Virus record (IMG/VR): IMGVR_UViG_3300029818_000064
Coordinates: 1 to 38,582 of that record
DNA: 38,582 nucleotides
Origin: a virus
Lineage: Duplodnaviria > Caudoviricetes
Strand: one strand, 5' to 3'
Shown: positions 28,288 to 35,077 of the stretch, piece by piece
Layout: each line of letters begins with the position of its first letter
Position numbering within the stretch: the stretch's first letter is position 1
The notes under the pieces: generated by a model
What the model saw: the letters and a program-made list of their open reading frames with translations, nothing else
The model's database searches: none
What the model was told of the DNA's origin: nothing
Position numbers and translations under genes: made by a program

Positions 28288-28971
28288 ATGGAAACACTAG
28301 GTGAACGCATAGCTCGATTACGCCGCGCCAAAGGCCTCTCACAAGTAGCCCTTGCGGCTGATTGTGGCTGGGAAAATGGCCAGGCACGCATTGGCAACTA
28401 TGAGAGAGACAAGCGCGAACCTTCGCTTACGGATCTGCGCACCCTGGCCAACTCGCTGGGCACCACCCTCACCGGCCTCATCTCGCAGACCGTCCTTGAA
28501 TTGAACGAACCACAAGGCTTATACCTACCCACGCCCTCTGCCGATGACTACGCGCTGGTGCCCCAGTACACAGCAAGAGGTGCAGCGGGCAACGGCCAGA
28601 TGAATGAGCACGTGGAAGTCAAAGGCGGCCTGGTATTCAAAAAGGCCTGGCTAGCTCGTATGGGCCTGCGAGACCGTCACCTGCACGTCATATACGTTGA
28701 AGGCCATAGCATGGACCCCACAATAAGTGACGGCGATGTGCTGCTGTTTGATGAGAATCAGCGAGAGCCGAAGGACCGCAAGATTTACGTAATCCGCAAG
28801 CCTGACGGCCAACTGATCATCAAGCGACTTGTTCAATCGCTCACCGGGGGCTGGGTGATCCGCAGCGACAACGAAGACAAGCGCAGCTACCCCGACCAGC
28901 CGATCAGTGATGCCGAGATAGACCAGATCGAAATCATAGGCCGCGCCGTATGGCACGGTGGCGCTCTCTGA
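28288..28971 (+). CDS. cI: CI repressor (HTH plus S24 autopeptidase)
   Basis: N-terminal HTH, A-G cleavage site GAAG, catalytic GHSM and IIKRL. Confidence 0.93.
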   Translation: METLGERIARLRRAKGLSQVALAADCGWENGQARIGNYERDKREPSLTDLRTLANSLGTTLTGLISQTVLELNEPQGLYLPTPSADDYALVPQYTARGAAGNGQMNEHVEVKGGLVFKKAWLARMGLRDRHLHVIYVEGHSMDPTISDGDVLLFDENQREPKDRKIYVIRKPDGQLIIKRLVQSLTGGWVIRSDNEDKRSYPDQPISDAEIDQIEIIGRAVWHGGAL

Positions 28972-29402
28972 TGGCTGCACTATTCAGGAGTATCAGCCAG
29001 CCGATCAGGACAGATGCAGACTGGAAACTGCTATGGCTGGGCCCAGACAAAGGCCTGATCAAATGCTGGGAAACCGGCCTTCAGGACGCAAAACGCGAAG
29101 ACAAAAAGCAGCTTGCAGACGCCGCCCTGCTTGGCGAACTACCCGTAGCCAGCTGGAAAGGCGGTGTAAGCCGCAGACTGAAAAAGCTGGAGAAGTACGG
29201 GACGCTGCAGTACTTGGCCTACTGGCAGGGCTTGCGCTACCAGGATCTGTGTATTGATCCAGAAGCAGAGGTAACGATCAGCTGCACTAAGACAGGAATG
29301 AAAGTCACCTTCACGCCAGACCTTAGCAAGCTCTCGAACCAGACACAGGATGACGACGCAAACGGAGATGCAGAAAATGGTGGATCTTTACCAGGAATTT
29401 GA
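28971..29402 (+). CDS. Hypothetical protein coupled to cI
   Basis: TGATG overlap with the cI stop codon. Confidence 0.65.
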   Translation: MAALFRSISQPIRTDADWKLLWLGPDKGLIKCWETGLQDAKREDKKQLADAALLGELPVASWKGGVSRRLKKLEKYGTLQYLAYWQGLRYQDLCIDPEAEVTISCTKTGMKVTFTPDLSKLSNQTQDDDANGDAENGGSLPGI

Positions 29403-30009
29403 GAACAGCCGCCTGTTCCACCAGGGGCGAATCGACCGCCGCTCAGCTGACGCCCTTGTTGGCATAGCAGCGGGCATAACGGCAGACAACAACGTCAGCC
29501 AGCAGGAAGCAGAGTTCCTCAAGCACTGGATAGAAACCAACCTAAACCACTACGCCGACCCAGTGGTAAACATACTGTACCGCCGCCTGGCGGACATGCT
29601 CAGCGATAACGTACTAGACCCTGCCGAATCGGCAGAACTGCTAAGCATGCTCAGGCAATTCTCAGGGCTGGAGATAGCCGCCGCAACACATGTACAGCGC
29701 CCCTCCTCGCTACCGCTGGACCAGCCACCCCCTTTACTCGACTGGCAAGACCGCGCATTCATGTTCACCGGGGTCATGGCATACGGCCCTCGCAAGAACT
29801 GCGAAAGCCTGGTAACAGAGCGGGGCGGGCGAATCTCCCCTTCAGTCAGCAAGAAGCTGAACTTCCTCATAGTCGGCAGCATTGGTAATGACCAGTGGCT
29901 GCACAGCAACTACGGAACCAAAATAAAAAAGGCCGTTGAATTGAGGGAAAGCGGAGCGCCTATCGCGATCATCAGCGAGGACTACTGGCAGGCTCAAATC
30001 TTCCCCTAG
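29350..30009 (+). CDS. BRCT-domain protein with helical (TerB-like) N-terminus; start may be 29377
   Basis: FMFTG...ERGG...SVSKKLNFLIVG...YGTKIKKA...IISEDYW BRCT signature. Confidence 0.8.
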   Translation: MTTQTEMQKMVDLYQEFENSRLFHQGRIDRRSADALVGIAAGITADNNVSQQEAEFLKHWIETNLNHYADPVVNILYRRLADMLSDNVLDPAESAELLSMLRQFSGLEIAAATHVQRPSSLPLDQPPPLLDWQDRAFMFTGVMAYGPRKNCESLVTERGGRISPSVSKKLNFLIVGSIGNDQWLHSNYGTKIKKAVELRESGAPIAIISEDYWQAQIFP

Positions 30010-30015
30010 CAAAAA

Positions 30016-30059
30016 TAACAACATTTTGTTTTGACAACATAACAACAGTACGTCATATT
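30016..30059 (+). promoter_or_regulatory. pL/oL-like early promoter and operators
   Basis: TTGACA (30031-30036)-17-CATATT, with operator-like copies shared with oR. Confidence 0.7.
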
Positions 30060-30095
30060 TGCCTCATCTCTCCACCACAGAGCTGAGGTATCACC

Positions 30096-30260
30096 ATGCA
30101 AACCGCCACCGTTCACATACTCCCCACGTGTGACATAAACAGCATTTTCCACATCCGCCAGGCCGCCCGCGACACCGGCGCAAAGGTGGTATCTGAAAAA
30201 CCCAAGCTGGTCAGCCGCCCGCAACCCATCGACCCTAACGATGGAGGCCGTGCAGCATGA
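30096..30260 (+). CDS. Small 54-aa first early gene (absent from the ORF track)
   Basis: GAGGT RBS; MQTATVHILPTC...DGGRAA; ATGA overlap with the next gene. Confidence 0.7.
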   Translation: MQTATVHILPTCDINSIFHIRQAARDTGAKVVSEKPKLVSRPQPIDPNDGGRAA

Positions 30261-30790
30261 GCATGCTCAAACTCAACACCGCCAGCCTGCAGCGCCTGCC
30301 TGCCCAGCTAACCCTCAACGGCACCTTTCAGCACACCCTGCGCAATGCCAAGGGCGTGAGCTGCGCCATTGAATTTGACGTACTGCAGTGCAGCAAGGCA
30401 ATCCAGTTCAGCGTAAAGGGCGGCCCTATGTGGCTCAGCTGCACACTGGCCCGCCCAGTCTGCCTGCAGCGCGTTGTCGGCTTTATCGAGAGCGCCACCA
30501 ATGGCACGCACTGGGCAGACGCACCCTACTCAGAAGAATCCGACCTGGTCACCGAGATCGAAAGCACCCTGCGTGAAGTTGCAGTAAAGCGCCAAGGCAC
30601 TTACCACCTCAGCACTGATGACGATATCTGGGTATCCATTGGCGCCATTGGCAATCGCTGCCGCATCGAGATCGACAGCACCGCATTCAACATGCAGCTG
30701 CCCACCAACACAGATGAAGCCTACAGCCAGCTGCACCAGAACCTGCACGCCTTCATCAACGCTTGTCGCGCCACAGCGCACACCGCGTAG
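30257..30790 (+). CDS. Hypothetical early protein
   Basis: Coupled ORF with GGAGG RBS. Confidence 0.65.
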   Translation: MSMLKLNTASLQRLPAQLTLNGTFQHTLRNAKGVSCAIEFDVLQCSKAIQFSVKGGPMWLSCTLARPVCLQRVVGFIESATNGTHWADAPYSEESDLVTEIESTLREVAVKRQGTYHLSTDDDIWVSIGAIGNRCRIEIDSTAFNMQLPTNTDEAYSQLHQNLHAFINACRATAHTA

Positions 30791-30799
30791 GAGGCAACC

Positions 30800-31084
30800 A
30801 TGCAGCGCACCCTTGCCCAAACCGCCCGCGTGCTTGGCGTCAAACGCAAAGACCTGATCAGCCTTATGCAACAGGCCGGCCTGCTCAACAGCCAGAACCT
30901 GCCCGCCAACCCCATGCGGGACAAGTTCTACCTCACCACCAAGCACGGCCAGTGGTATCACCCCCAGCTCGGCTTGCAGTACAGCGAATCCACCAGGGTG
31001 AGCCAGTCCGGCATCAACTGGCTGGCAGACAAACTGGGGCTTGAACGCCCACCGGTCCCACAGGAGCGGCGCCGTGTCGCCTAG
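30800..31084 (+). CDS. Antirepressor KilA-C (ANT) domain protein
   Basis: LAQTARVLGV...NLP...TRVSQSGINWL pattern. Confidence 0.7.
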   Translation: MQRTLAQTARVLGVKRKDLISLMQQAGLLNSQNLPANPMRDKFYLTTKHGQWYHPQLGLQYSESTRVSQSGINWLADKLGLERPPVPQERRRVA

Positions 31085-31238
31085 ACAGTACGCCGCCCAG
31101 ATCCTCGGCCTGCCCACCAAAGCAGAACGGCAGACCGCACTGAATCAGGTACCCCAGGAATGGCGCGAACTGGTTAAAACCCACGTGCGCAATGGCTGGC
31201 ACCACCCCGCCGCCAACAAGAACAAGGCAAGCCGATGA
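31074..31238 (+). CDS. Small hypothetical phage protein
   Basis: GGAG RBS, GTG start, overlaps both neighbours. Confidence 0.55.
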   Translation: MSPRQYAAQILGLPTKAERQTALNQVPQEWRELVKTHVRNGWHHPAANKNKASR

Positions 31239-31558
31239 CAGACACAGCACAAAAGGCCATCCCACTGCGGCTGGCCCCAAACTCAGGCACCCTCGAAAGG
31301 CTGTTTGCCACCTTTGGTGATGAACTCATCCCCCTTGAAGAGCTGCGCCTGCGCTACTTCCGCAACCTGAATACCGAGACCTTCAACAAAGCCCTCGGCA
31401 CCGAGCGCATACCCCTGCCGCTGATCACCCTGGACGACAGCAACAAGGCGCCCAAGTACGTCAGCATCCGCCACCTGGCCACCTACATCGAGCAACGCGC
31501 CTACCAGGCAGACCAGATAACAACCGCCCGGATCACCCCGGACGACACCACCCGCTGA
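31235..31558 (+). CDS. PrtN-family (pyocin activator-like) DNA-binding protein
   Basis: LIPLEELRLRYF...IPLP...SNKAPKYVSIRHLATYIE pattern. Confidence 0.8.
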   Translation: MTDTAQKAIPLRLAPNSGTLERLFATFGDELIPLEELRLRYFRNLNTETFNKALGTERIPLPLITLDDSNKAPKYVSIRHLATYIEQRAYQADQITTARITPDDTTR

Positions 31559-31596
31559 CCGCCACCACCGGCAGCACACCACCACGGAGAACCAAC

Positions 31597-32010
31597 ATGC
31601 AACTCACCTACATACTCATTGCCGTCTCTTACATTGCACTCGCCCTTGGCACCTATGCCTTTGGCCTTATGTGCGGTCGCGCCCAAGAGCAAAAACGCAT
31701 CAAGCCCTATCTGGAAAAGCAACGTGACAACCTCATGATGCAGCGCCACAGCGCCTACATAGCAGGCAAAGAAGCTGCCGAGGCAATCGCAAACCACAGC
31801 CAAAAGCTACTCAACACAGAGGATTACTACACCCTCACCCGCGCCGCCCATGAGCTGCAGCTGGCCGCCAAAACCTTTGAAGCCATGAACAGCCAGCACG
31901 CCCTCACAGCCGCCAACCTGTCTGCCGGCACCCTGTCCATCGCCCAACGCATGGCACCCAAAACAGCCGCCAACGCCGCCGCCATCAACCAACAGGAGAA
32001 CGCAGCATGA
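31597..32010 (+). CDS. Hypothetical protein with N-terminal TM helix
   Basis: GGAG RBS; hydrophobic N-terminus. Confidence 0.6.
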   Translation: MQLTYILIAVSYIALALGTYAFGLMCGRAQEQKRIKPYLEKQRDNLMMQRHSAYIAGKEAAEAIANHSQKLLNTEDYYTLTRAAHELQLAAKTFEAMNSQHALTAANLSAGTLSIAQRMAPKTAANAAAINQQENAA

Positions 32011-32561
32011 GCTGGATACTCACCGCCACCGGCAAACGTATAGACCTGCTGCGCCCAGACCCCAGCATGATCTGCGCAGAAGACATAGCCCACAGCCTGT
32101 CACGCCTGTGCCGCTTCAACGGCCACACCGCCCCCCATTACTCAGTGGCAGAACACAGCCTGCGCGTGGCCGCTATCGTGCCCGAGCAATACCAGCTGGA
32201 CGCCCTGCTGCACGACGCCACCGAGGCTTACGTAGGCGACATGACCCGCCCGCTGAAACAACTGATGCCCAAGTACCAGGACATTGAGCACGGCATCTGG
32301 CTGGCCATCTGTCAGCGCTTCAACCTCAACCCAGTCTTGCCCAGCTGCGTCAGAGAGGCAGACATGATCATGCTGGCCACCGAGCGCCGCGACCTCATGC
32401 CCCACCACCCGGATGAATGGCTATGCCTCAACGGTGTAGATCCGCTGCCAGAGACAATCAAGCCGCACGCCGCACCGGCAGCCAAATACCTGTACTTCCA
32501 GAACCTGACCGACCTGCTGGCCAACCGCAAACCCACACTCAAGCTAGGGGGTGCAGCATGA
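32007..32561 (+). CDS. HD-domain phosphohydrolase (YfbR/YfdR-like 5'-deoxynucleotidase)
   Basis: DIAHSLS..CRFNGH...YSVAEHS...LLHDATEAYVGD motifs. Confidence 0.88.
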   Translation: MSWILTATGKRIDLLRPDPSMICAEDIAHSLSRLCRFNGHTAPHYSVAEHSLRVAAIVPEQYQLDALLHDATEAYVGDMTRPLKQLMPKYQDIEHGIWLAICQRFNLNPVLPSCVREADMIMLATERRDLMPHHPDEWLCLNGVDPLPETIKPHAAPAAKYLYFQNLTDLLANRKPTLKLGGAA

Positions 32562-32755
32562 GCATCGCCATGATCACCGCACTGCGGCAACAACGCGCCG
32601 CCCACCTGGCTAATGTTCAGCAGGTCCAGAACAGCCCGCGCAAATTCATCCCACAGGATGCCGACCGGGCAGAGAGAACCATTGCCACGCTCAACAACCA
32701 GATAGCAGAGATTGACGGGCAGATCAGACGACTCGAAGGGAGGCCGGCACTATGA
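32558..32755 (+). CDS. Small coiled-coil hypothetical protein
   Basis: ATGA overlaps at both ends. Confidence 0.55.
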   Translation: MSIAMITALRQQRAAHLANVQQVQNSPRKFIPQDADRAERTIATLNNQIAEIDGQIRRLEGRPAL

Positions 32756-33321
32756 CCAACAGCACCAAACAAGGCAGTGCCAGCGCACATGCATCCAGCC
32801 CGGCAACAAAGAGCCACTGCCCCGCAGGGGCAGGCCTTATCAATAACCCACAGGCCAGCGAAGGGTCGCATACCCCACCGCAAGCGTGCGCCACGCCCGC
32901 CCATGACCCTGCTTGCCAGCTACCCAGCGCAGCACAGGCAGCGCAGCTTGCTGAGGGGTATAAGCACTCCATCCCTGTAGTGAGATTTGGTCAGGGCAAG
33001 AACGTCACAATCACATCGGGCTCTTATCCCCTATCGGATGACGTAGCCAATCGCCTGACTATCGAAGTAAATGGCGAACCCATCGTTGCCCTAACATTTG
33101 CCACTGCAAGCCATGCTTCAGACGTTCTTAAGGCGCTGATTTGCCAACGGCCTGCCGATCCATCAAGTGCCAGATCCTGCGGTTGCCAGAACTGGACCCG
33201 CGAATGCAACAAACGCACCGGGTGCCACATGACCACCCGCTACATCAACATGCGCAGCGACCACCCACTGACCCCCAACGTATTGGTGGGCATCGACAGC
33301 GAGGGCGGCAGCCATGACTAG
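32752..33321 (+). CDS. Hypothetical protein
   Basis: Coupled ORF with GGAGG RBS. Confidence 0.5.
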   Translation: MTNSTKQGSASAHASSPATKSHCPAGAGLINNPQASEGSHTPPQACATPAHDPACQLPSAAQAAQLAEGYKHSIPVVRFGQGKNVTITSGSYPLSDDVANRLTIEVNGEPIVALTFATASHASDVLKALICQRPADPSSARSCGCQNWTRECNKRTGCHMTTRYINMRSDHPLTPNVLVGIDSEGGSHD

Positions 33322-33379
33322 CCCAACCGTTTCACCACGTACCACCAAAACCACACTCTCCACCACAGAGGCAACAACC

Positions 33380-33991
33380 ATGACCACCACGCAAACCGTA
33401 CCAACCGTACCCGGCACCCCCTTTGAAGGCGGGTACTATGCCGGCCGCTTCCAGCTCGACGGCCAGCAGTATGCCCTTATCGTCTCACCCAAGGCCGCTG
33501 GCCAAGTGAACAGCGCCGAGTGGGGCAACTACGGCAATAGCATCCCCGCCACCAGCTGCAATGATGGCCTCGCCAACACCCAAGCCATGGCCGAGGCAGG
33601 CAGCGACCTTGCCAAACAGATGCTGGCCCTTGATATCAACGGCAACCAGGACTGGTACCTGCCCAGCCGTGATGAGCTGGAACTGTGCTACCGCAACCTC
33701 AAGCCAACAGAAGAGCAGAACTACTGCACCTTCCGCGACGGCGACAACCCCAGCAGCTTGCCAGCGGGCTACCCCTACACGGCAACCAGCCCCGGACAGT
33801 GTGCCGATGCAGCCTTTCAGCAGAGTGGTGAGCAGGCATTTGATGACGCCTGGCACTGGTCCAGCACGCAGTACAGCCCGACCAGCGCGTGGATTCAGCA
33901 CTTTGGTGATGGCATCCAGGGCAGCGATCGCAAGGACTACGCCCTTCGGGCTCGTGCCGTCCGCAGATTCATTATCAATTCAGCCCTTTAA
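33380..33991 (+). CDS. DGR target protein 1 (DUF1566/Lcl, CLec-like C-terminus); alternative start 33314
   Basis: DWYLPSRDEL and WHWSST...AW...F..G......ARAVR motifs; contains VR1. Confidence 0.9.
   Translation: MTTTQTVPTVPGTPFEGGYYAGRFQLDGQQYALIVSPKAAGQVNSAEWGNYGNSIPATSCNDGLANTQAMAEAGSDLAKQMLALDINGNQDWYLPSRDELELCYRNLKPTEEQNYCTFRDGDNPSSLPAGYPYTATSPGQCADAAFQQSGEQAFDDAWHWSSTQYSPTSAWIQHFGDGIQGSDRKDYALRARAVRRFIINSAL
33867..33968 (+). repeat. DGR variable repeat VR1
   Basis: 102-nt ungapped match to TR with 11 mismatches, all at TR adenines. Confidence 0.97.
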
Positions 33992-34000
33992 CAATTTCAG

Positions 34001-34019
34001 CCGAGCGCGCAGCGCTCGG
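34001..34019 (+). promoter_or_regulatory. DGR target-recognition hairpin after VR1/IMH
   Basis: CCGAGCGC-GCA-GCGCTCGG, a perfect 8-bp stem. Confidence 0.8.
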
Positions 34020-34044
34020 TCGCGCACCTATTGAGGCAACCACA

Positions 34045-34671
34045 ATGAATAGCTTGATCACAGTAGAAGTCGGCACCACCCGCGTTGAAACAACCAACCC
34101 CGCGCTGGCACGCAATGTATTGGAATTTGCCACCGGCCTGCAGGTAGACCAAGAGCAGTCTTTCGCCAGCCTGCTTGAGGAAATCTGCCCACCCCGCATC
34201 GGTGAAAAATGGCGCGGCCAGGGCGGCATCTATGTTGGCTTGGTACGTGGCGAGAGCGGCCAGCCGGATTACCACCTGGTGGTATCGGAGAGCAGCGCAG
34301 GCCAGCAGGATGAAATCCAGTGGGGCTCAGCAGGCGAGAACGAACCAGATGCCACCAATGAATGGGATGGCAAAGCCAACACTGAGGCGCTGGCCAACTC
34401 AGAGCACAGCCACCCCGCAGCCGAATGGGCAAATGGCCTCAACATCGAAGGCCATCAGGACTGGTACCTGCCTGCCCGCCGTGAACTAGCCCTGTGCTAC
34501 GCCAACGTGCCAGAGCAATTCGAGAAGAAATGGCACTGGTCCAGCACGCAGTCCAGCCCGCTCGGCGCGTGGGGTCAGACCTTTGTTGATGGCCGCCAGA
34601 ACGGCGCTCACAAGGACTACGCCCTTCGGGCTCGTGCCGTCCGCAGATTCGTTAACCATTCAGCCCTTTAA
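34045..34671 (+). CDS. DGR target protein 2 (DUF1566/Lcl, CLec-like C-terminus)
   Basis: DWYLPARREL, WHWSST and ARAVRRF motifs; contains VR2. Confidence 0.92.
   Translation: MNSLITVEVGTTRVETTNPALARNVLEFATGLQVDQEQSFASLLEEICPPRIGEKWRGQGGIYVGLVRGESGQPDYHLVVSESSAGQQDEIQWGSAGENEPDATNEWDGKANTEALANSEHSHPAAEWANGLNIEGHQDWYLPARRELALCYANVPEQFEKKWHWSSTQSSPLGAWGQTFVDGRQNGAHKDYALRARAVRRFVNHSAL
34547..34648 (+). repeat. DGR variable repeat VR2
   Basis: 102-nt ungapped match to TR with 15 mismatches, all at TR adenines. Confidence 0.97.
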
Positions 34672-34677
34672 CTATTC

Positions 34678-34699
34678 AGCTGCGCGCTAGCGCGCAGCT
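34678..34699 (+). promoter_or_regulatory. DGR target-recognition hairpin after VR2/IMH
   Basis: Perfect 22-bp palindrome AGCTGCGCGCTAGCGCGCAGCT. Confidence 0.8.
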
Positions 34700-34714
34700 T
34701 CGCGAGTTTTCAGC

Positions 34715-35077
34715 ATGGCCCTACACCACCAATTACCGATCTACAAACTGGCCAGTGATCTAGCCAGCCTGGCAACTGACCTCATCAAGAACATGCCGCG
34801 TGATCTCAAGCGGACCCTTGGCGAGAAGGTGCTGATGGAATGTATCGACGTAACCGTCCTGATCCTGCGCGCCAACGTCGCACAGGGCCGGGGCAAGGTA
34901 CCGCACATAGAGCAGATCCTGGAACGCATCCAGGTCATCCAGCTGATGCTGCGCCTATCCGTTGATAAACGCCTCATCAGCACCGCCCAGTTCGCCAGAG
35001 CTGTAGAGATAACCGACTCAGTAGGCCGGCAAGCAACGGGGTGGAAAAAACATGCCGCAACGTCGCCCGCTGCGTGA
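34715..35077 (+). CDS. avd: DGR accessory variability determinant (four-helix bundle)
   Basis: LPIYK...MPRDLKRTLGEK...LRLSVDKRLIS...VGRQATGWKK; lies between the targets and TR/RT. Confidence 0.88.
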   Translation: MALHHQLPIYKLASDLASLATDLIKNMPRDLKRTLGEKVLMECIDVTVLILRANVAQGRGKVPHIEQILERIQVIQLMLRLSVDKRLISTAQFARAVEITDSVGRQATGWKKHAATSPAA

